A stretch of 64,000 nucleotides of DNA, from contig DETD01000026.1 in the NCBI GenBank assembly GCA_002362105.1, positions 1,139 through 65,138 of the forward strand. The letters are read 5' to 3'. Source of the stretch: Bacteroidales bacterium UBA3297 (GTDB taxonomy: Bacteria; Bacteroidota; Bacteroidia; Bacteroidales; Paludibacteraceae). How positions within the stretch are numbered: the first letter of the stretch is position 1; every line of letters starts with the position of its first letter. Positions 36,929 to 46,033 of the stretch are shown piece after piece. Position numbers and translations under genes: made by a program. The notes beneath the pieces are model-generated. The model worked only from the letters and a program-made list of their open reading frames with translations. It was not told where the DNA came from and ran no database searches.

Positions 36929-38209
36929 ATGAAATTAAATACAGAAGAGGTCTACAAATTGTTTTTGCAGTGTACCTCTGTTACAACCGATTCTCGCAAT
37001 TGCCCCGCTAATTCGCTTTTTGTTGCTCTAAAGGGGGCTTCGTTCAATGGTAATGCTTTTGCTGCAAATGCTGTTGCCGCAGGTTCTAAATTCGCTATTG
37101 TCGATGAAGCGGAATATGCCGACGGCAAAAGTATCTTTTTGGTCGACGACTGCCTGCTTATGCTCCAGTCGCTTGCTCGTTTGCACCGTGAAACCTTGGG
37201 TACTACGGTAATTGGTATTACGGGTACCAATGGTAAAACGACGACAAAGGAGTTGGTTGCTTCGGTTCTACAAAAAAAATACAACCTGCTCTACACCCAG
37301 GGTAACTTAAACAACCAGATTGGTGTGCCACTGACGGTGCTCCGACTGACGAAGGAACATGAACTCGCGGTTGTTGAAATGGGTGCCAGCCATCCTGGCG
37401 ATATTGAAGAGCTGGTGGCGATCGCAGAACCAAATTTCGGTTTGATTACCAATGTCGGTCATGCCCATATTCTTGGATTCGGTTCGTTTGAGGGAGTGGT
37501 CAAAACCAAGGGGGAACTCTATGACTTTATCCGTAAAAATGGAGGCAAGATTTTCCGCAATGCCGACAACTCAATCTTGGCGTCTATATCGCAAGGCTTA
37601 GATGCGGTTCTTTATGGGGTCTCTGAATCCAACTATGTTCATGCGCACTCTTTGGGTGCGTCTCCTTTCTTGAAAGTGGAGTGGAATGGGACTGCTATTC
37701 AAACCCATTTGATCGGAGACTATAACTTCGAAAATGTGATGGCGGCTATTGCTGTTGGTTCTTATTTCGGCGTACCGTCGGCTGATATTGTTGCTGCACT
37801 CGAAGCCTACCAACCTAGCAACAACCGTTCCCAGTTTAAAGATACGGGTAAAAATCACCTTATAATTGATGCCTATAACGCGAACCCTACCAGTATGGCG
37901 GCCGCCCTTAACAATTTTGCAGCTATGGATGTCCCTTCAAAAATGCTGGTTTTAGGCGATATGAAGGAATTGGGTGGTGATAGCGAAATGGAACACGACA
38001 AAGTTGTTGATTGGCTGAAAAAACACGACTTTAAGTCTGTTTGCCTGGTGGGCGACTGCTTCAAGCTGGCCGCTAAGGGAAACTTCAACTGCTTCGCTAA
38101 TGTAGATGAACTCAACGAATGGCTGAAGGCTAACCCTGTTTCTGACGCAAATATCCTTATTAAGGGCTCTAACAGTACTAAACTGATAAAGGCTGTCGAT
38201 TTTCTCTAA
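36929..38209 (+). CDS. murF: UDP-N-acetylmuramoyl-tripeptide--D-alanyl-D-alanine ligase
   Basis: 426-aa ORF with the Mur ligase P-loop (GITGTNGKTTTKE) and typical MurF blocks (TTDSR, NNQIGVPLT, EMGASHPGDI, DAYNANP). Confidence 0.9.
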   Translation: MKLNTEEVYKLFLQCTSVTTDSRNCPANSLFVALKGASFNGNAFAANAVAAGSKFAIVDEAEYADGKSIFLVDDCLLMLQSLARLHRETLGTTVIGITGTNGKTTTKELVASVLQKKYNLLYTQGNLNNQIGVPLTVLRLTKEHELAVVEMGASHPGDIEELVAIAEPNFGLITNVGHAHILGFGSFEGVVKTKGELYDFIRKNGGKIFRNADNSILASISQGLDAVLYGVSESNYVHAHSLGASPFLKVEWNGTAIQTHLIGDYNFENVMAAIAVGSYFGVPSADIVAALEAYQPSNNRSQFKDTGKNHLIIDAYNANPTSMAAALNNFAAMDVPSKMLVLGDMKELGGDSEMEHDKVVDWLKKHDFKSVCLVGDCFKLAAKGNFNCFANVDELNEWLKANPVSDANILIKGSNSTKLIKAVDFL

Positions 38210-38223
38210 TGTAGTTTCTGAAT

Positions 38224-38646
38224 ATGATTCCAAAAGAGGTGCTGGTTGTAGCGTTTATTGCCGTTATAGTGTTCTACTATGTCGGTAAGTATTTCACGGA
38301 ACGCTCTATGCAAAAAAAGGAAGACTCGTCTTCTTCAACGGAAAAAAATACGGTTTCTCATTCTGCCGAGGATTGTGCCGAGGGGGGATGCGGTATGCGT
38401 GCTGTTTGTGCTGGTAAGGTCGAACGGCTGGTTGAGTATTTTGAAGATGAAGAGTTGGACCGCTTTAAGGAGCGTGCTGCCGATGGCTATTCTGCCGATG
38501 AAATTGCCGAGTTCCGTGAAGTGCTGGTGACACTGAGGGGCGACGAGGTGGCTCCTTGGCTGAACAGTCTCTGCGCCCGGAATATAAACTTGCCGTTGCC
38601 GTTACGTCAGGAGGCGATTGCTTTGGTTAATAAAAACAAGAAATAG
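38224..38646 (+). CDS. small membrane-anchored protein with Cys motif (function unknown)
   Basis: 140-aa ORF with an N-terminal TM helix (VLVVAFIAVIVFYYVG) and a Cys cluster (DCAEGGCGMRAVCAG). The C-terminal domain is acidic and predicted helical. It starts 14 nt after murF and ends 1 nt before the next gene. Confidence 0.5.
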   Translation: MIPKEVLVVAFIAVIVFYYVGKYFTERSMQKKEDSSSSTEKNTVSHSAEDCAEGGCGMRAVCAGKVERLVEYFEDEELDRFKERAADGYSADEIAEFREVLVTLRGDEVAPWLNSLCARNINLPLPLRQEAIALVNKNKK

Positions 38647-38647
38647 G

Positions 38648-40459
38648 ATGAAATCGCGTCTATTATATTTCGTTGCTTATTATTTCTTCTGGGTGCTGGC
38701 TTTTGTCGTTCAGAAGCCTGTTTTTATGCTTTATCAGTGGGAAACGTCCAAAAGCTACGGATTGGCCGATTGGCTTAGGGTGGTGTGGAACGGACTTTCG
38801 ATGGATTTCTCTACTGCTGGTTATCTTTCGGTCCCTGTCTTGTTGCTCCTCCTTGTCTCCTGCTTTACGGGGGGCGGCCGGTGGCTCAATAAAACTATTC
38901 GGGTGTTGGGCGTCGTGCTACTGACTATTGTGGTTATGGGCTTTGTGGCCGATATGTTCCTATATCCGTTTTGGGGATACAGGCTCGACGTGACACCGCT
39001 GTTTTATATGGAGACGCCGAAGAATGCGGTCGCTAGTGGTACCATGGCACAGAATGTGGCCTGTGTGGCCTGCTTTGTAATCGAGTGGCTGGCCTATTTC
39101 TTTGCCTTCCGTTTCGTACATAAAAAGGCTTACCATATTGACGGACGCTCCTTTTTGTCGGCAGCCCCTTTGTTGTTGCTGACGGGAGTCTTGTTCGTCG
39201 TCATTCGTGGGGGTGTTACGGTGTCGGTTATGAATGCCGGACGTGCCTATTTTAGCAAGGATATGTTCTTGAACCATTCTGCGGTTAATCCTATTTGGAA
39301 CTTTTTTTCCTCTTTCGCCAAAGAAGATAATTTTGCCAGCCAGTATCGTTTTATGGATGATGCCGAGGCACACCGGTTGATGGCGGAAATGAGCAATCCG
39401 GTAACCCTGCCTGCCGACACGTTCGTGCTGAAAAACAAACGGCCTAATATCGTTGTTTTCATTCTAGAGAGTTTCGGCTCTAACATCTGTGGGGCTGCGG
39501 GGGGTGCGAAGGGGCTGACGCCTAACCTCGACCGTATGGCTGCCGAGGGACTTTTCTTCTCGAACTTTTATGCGAACAGTTATCGTACCGATAGGGGACT
39601 TGTGGCTATACTGAGTGCCTATCCGGGTCAACCTGTGACTTCGCTGATGAAGTATCCGGAAAAGTCTCAGAATGTGCCTACACTGCCTGGCGTGCTGAAA
39701 CAGAACGGGTATGACCTCTCGTTCTATTATGGTGGCGACGAAGATTTTACAAATATGCGTTCCTATTTGCTGCACGCGGGCTTTGAAAAGCGGGTGTGCG
39801 ACAAGAATTTCTCGAGTGACGAGCTCTCGACCAAGTGGGGCGCTTACGACCATGTTGTGATTAACCGGTTGATTGACGACTTGAAAAAGCCACAGCAACA
39901 ACCGTTCTGTAAGGTGTTGTTGACATTGAACAGCCATGAGCCGTTTGATGTGCCTTTCCAGAAATTCGCCGACCCTTATCCGAACTCTGTCGCTTATACA
40001 GATAGCTGTTTGGGTGTTTTTTACGACTTTTTGAAAGCTAGCCCTTGCTGGGACAACACGCTTTTCATCTTGTTGCCTGACCATGCCAAACCATATCCCG
40101 AGACCATGACGAACCAGGAGGTCGCGCGTTACCAGGCTCCGATGATATGGACTGGTGGTGCGGTCAAGGGACCGATGGTGGTTTCGCAGATGGGGTCGCA
40201 AATTGATCTGGCGCGTACTCTTTTGGCACAGTTGGATATCGATGGAAGCGATTTTGTTTTCAGTAAGAATATATTTAGTGAAAAATCTCCTAAATTTGCT
40301 TTCTACGCATATAACGACGGTTTAGGCTTTGTGACCCCTGAAGGCGCTTCTGTTTTCGATTGTGGGGGGAATGTCTCGTTGCGGGAAGACAATCCGCAGT
40401 TGACTGTCAGGGGGAAGGCTTTCCTTCAGTGCCTGATGGATGACTTGGCAAAGCGTTAG
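38648..40459 (+). CDS. LTA-synthase-family (sulfatase-fold) membrane protein
   Basis: Track ORF is 38618..40459. I prefer ATG 38648 (MKSRLLYFVAYYFFW), immediately after the upstream stop. It has five N-terminal TM segments. The extracytoplasmic sulfatase-fold domain has LtaS-like blocks (NIVVFILESFGS, LPDHAKPY). Confidence 0.7.
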   Translation: MKSRLLYFVAYYFFWVLAFVVQKPVFMLYQWETSKSYGLADWLRVVWNGLSMDFSTAGYLSVPVLLLLLVSCFTGGGRWLNKTIRVLGVVLLTIVVMGFVADMFLYPFWGYRLDVTPLFYMETPKNAVASGTMAQNVACVACFVIEWLAYFFAFRFVHKKAYHIDGRSFLSAAPLLLLTGVLFVVIRGGVTVSVMNAGRAYFSKDMFLNHSAVNPIWNFFSSFAKEDNFASQYRFMDDAEAHRLMAEMSNPVTLPADTFVLKNKRPNIVVFILESFGSNICGAAGGAKGLTPNLDRMAAEGLFFSNFYANSYRTDRGLVAILSAYPGQPVTSLMKYPEKSQNVPTLPGVLKQNGYDLSFYYGGDEDFTNMRSYLLHAGFEKRVCDKNFSSDELSTKWGAYDHVVINRLIDDLKKPQQQPFCKVLLTLNSHEPFDVPFQKFADPYPNSVAYTDSCLGVFYDFLKASPCWDNTLFILLPDHAKPYPETMTNQEVARYQAPMIWTGGAVKGPMVVSQMGSQIDLARTLLAQLDIDGSDFVFSKNIFSEKSPKFAFYAYNDGLGFVTPEGASVFDCGGNVSLREDNPQLTVRGKAFLQCLMDDLAKR

Positions 40460-40488
40460 AATGATTATTATAAAGAAAGGATTGTAGA

Positions 40489-41259
40489 ATGTCTATTTTA
40501 TTCGACCAAATTGCATACGGACCTGTACACAGTCGTCGACTGGGTGTTTCGTTAGGGGTTAACTTGTTGCCTGTTAACCAAAAAATGTGCTCGTTCGAGT
40601 GTATTTATTGTGAGTGCGGTTTTACCAACAAGGTGATGGGCGCAAAACTGCCTACCCGACAGCAGGTGATAGAGGCGCTTACTGTAAAACTCGACGAAAT
40701 GAAGGCGCAGGGGCTGAAACCCGATGTCTTCACTTTCGCTGGAAATGGTGAACCGACCCTTCATCCCGATTTTGCTGGAATCATCGACGATACCATTGAG
40801 GTTCGCAGCCGTTTGTTCCCTAATGCGAAAATCAGTGTCCTCTCTAATGCGACCATGATTGGCCGTGACGAGGTCTTCCAGGCATTGAGTAAGGTCGATA
40901 ACAATATCTTGAAATTAGACTCAGGCATCACCGAAACGGCCCGGCTTATCGACTTGCCCAACTCTCCGGCATACAGCGTTGAGAAGCAGATTGAGTTGAT
41001 GAAGCGCTTTGAGGGAAACCTGATTATACAGACTATTTTCCTCCGTGGTATGTACAACGGACGGGTGGTCGATAATACGACTCCTGAAGAAATTGCCGCA
41101 TGGACAGAGGCAATCCGTCAAATCCGTCCTAAGCAGGTTATGGTGTATCAGGTCGACCGGGAAACTCCGGTGCCTGGCTTGGAGAAACTGACTAACGAAG
41201 AACTGGCCCGGTTGTCGCAACCGGTCAGCGATTTGGGAATTCCTGTGTTGGTCGCTTAA
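40489..41259 (+). CDS. radical SAM protein (function unknown)
   Basis: 256-aa ORF with a CxxxCxxC cluster near the N-terminus (CSFECIYCEC) and a glycine-rich SAM motif (FAGNGEPTL). Confidence 0.75.
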   Translation: MSILFDQIAYGPVHSRRLGVSLGVNLLPVNQKMCSFECIYCECGFTNKVMGAKLPTRQQVIEALTVKLDEMKAQGLKPDVFTFAGNGEPTLHPDFAGIIDDTIEVRSRLFPNAKISVLSNATMIGRDEVFQALSKVDNNILKLDSGITETARLIDLPNSPAYSVEKQIELMKRFEGNLIIQTIFLRGMYNGRVVDNTTPEEIAAWTEAIRQIRPKQVMVYQVDRETPVPGLEKLTNEELARLSQPVSDLGIPVLVA

Positions 41260-41273
41260 TTTTTTATTCGTTT

Positions 41274-41921
41274 ATGGTGCAAAGACTAATCTGTACTTTT
41301 TCTTTATTGCTGGCTTTGGTTTGCCCTGCATTTTCTCAGTTTGAAATTGGTGCGAACTTGGGCGCTAGTGTCTCCGTTTCTAATTTGGACCCGTTGGGCC
41401 GCGATGTCTCTCCTTTGTCGGGTATCTACCCCGAACTTAGGGCGGGCTACTTGTTCAACGACTGGCTGTCGGCCAATTTGGGCGTAGGTTTTGCTCAGCG
41501 TGGCTTTAAAGAACAGCCCGAAGGCGAAGCCGCACGTAAGGTCCGCCTCCGTTATTTCCAAGTACCTGTATATGCGGGTGCGCGCTATCCGCTTTGCAAT
41601 AAGGTCAGTGTGGCTGCCTCTTTGGGTTTGCAGCTCAACTTCTTCAATTCTTCCGATGCCCCGGCTCCGTTTAACATCGATTATCAGGAAATGCACAATC
41701 CTGTTGCTTTCCTTTGTGGTGCCGAATGTGGTTACGACCTGTTTAAGGATGTGCGTTTGAACCTCCAATACCGCTATACGGCCGATTTTGTTTATGCCGA
41801 CCGTTATGAGTCGCTGGGCCGCCTAAGTGCGAACTGGATTATGCTCGGTGTTACGTACACGCTTCGTCCTAAAACAGCAGAGGTTCATCCTATCGAGGGG
41901 GCGCTTTCTTCTATATGGTAA
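41274..41921 (+). CDS. small outer-membrane beta-barrel (porin-family) protein
   Basis: 215-aa ORF with a signal peptide (LLLALVCPAFSQ), alternating hydrophobic beta-strand pattern, and a C-terminal aromatic residue. Confidence 0.65.
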   Translation: MVQRLICTFSLLLALVCPAFSQFEIGANLGASVSVSNLDPLGRDVSPLSGIYPELRAGYLFNDWLSANLGVGFAQRGFKEQPEGEAARKVRLRYFQVPVYAGARYPLCNKVSVAASLGLQLNFFNSSDAPAPFNIDYQEMHNPVAFLCGAECGYDLFKDVRLNLQYRYTADFVYADRYESLGRLSANWIMLGVTYTLRPKTAEVHPIEGALSSIW

Positions 41922-41941
41922 TTCTTTAAACTGCTTGGTTT

Positions 41942-44900
41942 ATGCATAGGTTCGTCGCTTTTCTTTGTTGTTGGGTGCTGGTTTTGCTGGCGCCGGCGCA
42001 GGGCTATGCGGTGAAACGGCTGCATTTTACCAACTACCGGACGAGTAACGGACTAAGCAGTAACTATATAGTCGATATGGCCGTCGATGCGCACGGCTTC
42101 TTGTGGCTGGCAACCGATTGCGGTGTCAACCGCTTCGATGGTGCCGCCTTCCGGTCTTATCGGACCGACAACTATCCGTCGCTACTCGAGAACGATGCCC
42201 TGCAGGTTTGCCCTGTCAGTGATGGTGGGGTGCTGGTGTCGGGCTATAACGGTTTCCTGCAACGGTACGATTATGCTACCGACCGTTTTGAGTCGGTTTT
42301 CCCCCGTAGTTTTACGCAAACGGTGGGCAATTTATACTACGACTCCCTCAACGATGACTATTTCGCCTTGACTACGGGCGGCATTTATAGGAAAAAGCAT
42401 GGAGCTGATGGTTTTTCAAAAGACTTCCTGCCTTCTGTTTCCGACAGGCCGACCGTTCAGCGCATACTTAACGATGGGCACGGCCATTATTGGCTGGCAG
42501 AGTCGGATTCTGTTTCTGTTTTTTCGGCTGATGGACGGCTAGTGCTTGTCCTTCGCCCGTCTTCCTCCCATATTCAGACGTTTACCCCCCAACTGATGTC
42601 GCTGTCTGATGGACGGCTGATGGTCAGTTACCAGACGAACAAGGTCGATTTTTTTTCTTTCTCCAGCAAGGGTGATATTGTTCACGAACGGAGTGTTACC
42701 CTGCCTTTCTTGAATTTGACCTGTGTGCAGGTGACGACCGATGGGGCCTATTGGTTCGCTTCCGATGGCGACGGCTTGTGGTATAGTCCTTCCGAACCAG
42801 TTGCGGGTGCCGATTTGCAAAAGGTGCTGCCTTATGGCTCGAATGGCGACGAAATTAGAAAGGTTTACTCGTTGTTGGCCGATAGCTTGGGCAATTTGTG
42901 GGTGGCAACCCAAAATGCCGGTCTATGGCGCTATTCGGCTAAAGATTTAAGGGCTTCGTTCATGTCTTCCGATCTGGGTATCCCACGGGGTGTGGGTACA
43001 GGTTTCTGTGAACTTCCTTCCAAATGTATGATGATGGCCTGCGACGGTTCGGGGCTGTATGAGTTTTCGGAGAATGCTGGACTCCTGCAGGCCTATTCGG
43101 AAACAGACGGCTTGAAGAACCGAAACTTGATTTCACTTATGTGCGATTCTCGGGGACAGGTCTGGGCTTCGACTTGGGGCGCAGGGCTTTACCTCGGTAA
43201 CAGCCAGGGGGGGCGGTATGCCTTCAAACCAGTCGACTTCACAGGACTAGACAATCCGCAAACTACCATTACCAACTGTCTGGAACTTGACAATGGCGAT
43301 GTGTGGGCTTGCTCTGGTGGCGATGGCGTCTATATACGTCACGACGGAAAATGGAGCAGAACGCTGTTGCGTTACCCTTGGAATAAAGATGCTATTGAAC
43401 GCTGGCCGGTATTCTCGATAGAGGTGAACGATAGGGAACACTGGGTTCAAACCTCTTGCTGTATGTGGAACGATAGGGGCGGCGGTATGCTGAAACCCTA
43501 TAATATAGAAAAATTTATGGGGCCCGAACGCTACATCATTAACGATGCGGTCTATGTGCCGGGTTGTGGCGTTGTGCTGGCCACGCAAAAGGGGCTGCTG
43601 GTCGCAAAAAGCGATACGTTCTCCTTCTCGAAGGTCGACTGCTGTCCTGAAGTGGATATCCATTCTATTGTTTTGGACCAGAAAGGACGGCTATGGGCAA
43701 CTTTGCCCGATGGTGTATGGTGTTTCAACCTCCAGCAACGCACTTCTTTCCGCTACCCGAAAGATTTTGGGGCGTATGGGCGGAACTACTTCGTGAAACA
43801 TTCTAAATTCTGCAATAGCCAGAACTTTGTTTATTTCGGCACCAAAGACGGCTTTTTCTGCTTTAACGGCGACAGTCTGCCAACTGTTCGGGAAAACTCC
43901 GATTTTTGTCTGAACCGTATTGAAGTCGATGGGGAGCAGATTGATTTTGGAACTCTGTTTGTCGGACAGTCGACGGCTGAGCGAGAAGTTGAACTGCCTT
44001 ACGGACACAGTTCGCTGGCCGTGTGTGTCGATATGGCCGATTTCTCCCAACAGCGTGCGGTGCTGGTGTACCGTTTGGGAGACGCCGACTGGCAGTCGGT
44101 TAATACCGACCAACGTATCGCTTTCAACTACCTTCCGTCGGGAAACTACCTGCTTGAAGTTAAATTGTTGGGTACGCCAGACAGCAGTGCTATAAAACTG
44201 AAAGTGGTGGTCCTCGGACCTTGGTGGCAGTCTCTTTGGTTCAAGGCGTTGTGTGTACTTTTGATTGTTTTGCTGATTGGCTACAAAATATACCGTATGC
44301 AGCGCGACAGGCGTGCATTGCGCGATATGGTGGATGAACGCACACGGGAACTGAAAATACAAAAAGACCTCGTGGAACAGCGTAACCAGGAACTGAATGT
44401 GGCCTTGTCGACTAAAGACCGGCTGATGACGGTCGTCGCCCACGATTTGAAGAACCCTGTGTTTGCCATAGTCGGGGCTCTTGAAGGCTTACGCCGCAGA
44501 AACCACCAGCTGACAGAGGAGGAACGTGCCTCTTCGCTCGACAGTATGATTGACCGTACTAGAACTTTGCAGAACGAACTGGGCAAACTGCTCGTCTGGG
44601 CGACTTCAAAACAAGACGAGGTGACTTTCCGGCCTTCGAATGCCGACTTGGCTGAAATTATTGGAAGTGATGTGGAACTGCTGAAAATCCAGGCTGAAGA
44701 GAAGGGTGTGGCGTTGCACTGCTCGGTTGATGTGCCGAACTATGTGTACGTCGATTCCCGTATGGTAGCCACGGCTATACGGAATGTTTTGGGAAACAGC
44801 CTGAAATTTACGCCTCCGGGTTGTGCTGTGCGTGTCCGTGCCTGGCAGGAAGGGGCTTCGGCTTTCGTTGAAGTTGTGGACGAGGGCGTTGGTATGTCGG

Positions 44901-45943
44901 CCGAAAAATTGCAGGAACTGTTGGCAAAAGATGTCAATGCGTCAACCGTAGGAACTGGCGGAGAGTCCGGTAGCGGTTTGGGAGTCGGTTTGGCTAAGTA
45001 CTATGTCGCTACCAATGGCGGCCACTTCTCAATGAGTAGTGAAGTGGGTTCGGGCACGACCACTTTGTTGGAACTGCCGGCTACACAGATTCCGGTTGCT
45101 AAGTCAACGGCCGGATTAGAAGACCAAACGGTTGCTGTAGAAGTTGATGCCGAACTGCTGGAGGGTAACTGTGTGCTGGTTGTTGACGATGACCCGCTCA
45201 TTGCACAGAACATAAAGTCGATGCTGGAAAAATATGTCGAGGTACTGTTGGCTAAAGACGGTCAGGAGGCACTCGGCGTGGTTCGCTCCCATTCGGTCGA
45301 CGTGGTGGTCAGCGATGTCGAAATGCCGGTGATGAACGGTATTGAAATGTCGAATGCACTGAAGTCCGACGCTAATTATAACCACATACCGGTGCTGTTC
45401 CTTTCGGCAAGGACCACAGAAAGCGACCGTTTGCTCGGCTTGTTGACGGGGGCGGTCGACTATATTCCTAAACCTTTCAACCGGAACGAACTGCTGGTGA
45501 AACTGAACAACATCCTTTCGGTGCGCCAGCGCCAACAGCAGTATTTGCTGAATAAGGCTGTCGCAGACGGTAGCCGTGAGGCTGTTGGTGAAGAGTGTGC
45601 CGAAAAGGCGGAGGAAGCAGAGAAAATGAATCCGTATCTGCAACGGGTTCTTGCTGATATAGAGGCGAATTTTTCCGATTCGGAATATAGTGTGGAACTG
45701 CTGGCCAGCAACCTCTGCACCACCCGCATAACCCTTTATAGGAAAGTGAAGTCGCTGTCGGGACAGAATCCGAGCGATTTGTTGATTGACTACCGGCTGA
45801 ACAAGTCGTGCCAACTGCTGAAAGAAAAACAAATGCCGGTGCAAGATGTCGCCTATGCGGTCGGCTTCTCTGACTATGCCTATTTCTCGCGCAGGTTCAA
45901 GGCTCGTTTCGGACAGTCGCCGAAAGATTTTGCCGCTCTTTGA
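41942..45943 (+). CDS. hybrid two-component system regulator (HTCS): periplasmic beta-propeller/Y_Y_Y sensor, HisKA, HATPase, receiver, AraC HTH
   Basis: 1333-aa ORF with a signal/TM segment and a long periplasmic repeat region (FLWLATDCGVNRFDG, LWVATQNAGLWRY). A TM helix follows (LCVLLIVLLIGYKIY). Then come the H-box VVAHDLKNPV, the ATPase G-box GSGLGVGLAKYYV, the receiver (VLVVDDDPL, VVVSDVEMPVMNG) and the AraC HTH (GFSDYAYFSRRFKARFGQSP). Confidence 0.9.
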   Translation: MHRFVAFLCCWVLVLLAPAQGYAVKRLHFTNYRTSNGLSSNYIVDMAVDAHGFLWLATDCGVNRFDGAAFRSYRTDNYPSLLENDALQVCPVSDGGVLVSGYNGFLQRYDYATDRFESVFPRSFTQTVGNLYYDSLNDDYFALTTGGIYRKKHGADGFSKDFLPSVSDRPTVQRILNDGHGHYWLAESDSVSVFSADGRLVLVLRPSSSHIQTFTPQLMSLSDGRLMVSYQTNKVDFFSFSSKGDIVHERSVTLPFLNLTCVQVTTDGAYWFASDGDGLWYSPSEPVAGADLQKVLPYGSNGDEIRKVYSLLADSLGNLWVATQNAGLWRYSAKDLRASFMSSDLGIPRGVGTGFCELPSKCMMMACDGSGLYEFSENAGLLQAYSETDGLKNRNLISLMCDSRGQVWASTWGAGLYLGNSQGGRYAFKPVDFTGLDNPQTTITNCLELDNGDVWACSGGDGVYIRHDGKWSRTLLRYPWNKDAIERWPVFSIEVNDREHWVQTSCCMWNDRGGGMLKPYNIEKFMGPERYIINDAVYVPGCGVVLATQKGLLVAKSDTFSFSKVDCCPEVDIHSIVLDQKGRLWATLPDGVWCFNLQQRTSFRYPKDFGAYGRNYFVKHSKFCNSQNFVYFGTKDGFFCFNGDSLPTVRENSDFCLNRIEVDGEQIDFGTLFVGQSTAEREVELPYGHSSLAVCVDMADFSQQRAVLVYRLGDADWQSVNTDQRIAFNYLPSGNYLLEVKLLGTPDSSAIKLKVVVLGPWWQSLWFKALCVLLIVLLIGYKIYRMQRDRRALRDMVDERTRELKIQKDLVEQRNQELNVALSTKDRLMTVVAHDLKNPVFAIVGALEGLRRRNHQLTEEERASSLDSMIDRTRTLQNELGKLLVWATSKQDEVTFRPSNADLAEIIGSDVELLKIQAEEKGVALHCSVDVPNYVYVDSRMVATAIRNVLGNSLKFTPPGCAVRVRAWQEGASAFVEVVDEGVGMSAEKLQELLAKDVNASTVGTGGESGSGLGVGLAKYYVATNGGHFSMSSEVGSGTTTLLELPATQIPVAKSTAGLEDQTVAVEVDAELLEGNCVLVVDDDPLIAQNIKSMLEKYVEVLLAKDGQEALGVVRSHSVDVVVSDVEMPVMNGIEMSNALKSDANYNHIPVLFLSARTTESDRLLGLLTGAVDYIPKPFNRNELLVKLNNILSVRQRQQQYLLNKAVADGSREAVGEECAEKAEEAEKMNPYLQRVLADIEANFSDSEYSVELLASNLCTTRITLYRKVKSLSGQNPSDLLIDYRLNKSCQLLKEKQMPVQDVAYAVGFSDYAYFSRRFKARFGQSPKDFAAL

Positions 45944-45998
45944 ACTAATATTCCATTTGCTTGAAACAAAATTCTCCGTCTTGCTGCTTGTTTAAGCC

Positions 45999-46006
45999 TA
46001 TATTTG
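45999..46006 (+). promoter_or_regulatory. candidate -7 promoter box (TATATTTG) for the GH44-like gene
   Basis: TATATTTG lies 28 nt upstream of ATG 46034. Confidence 0.45.
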
Positions 46007-46033
46007 TATGACTTTAAACAAACACAAGTTGAT

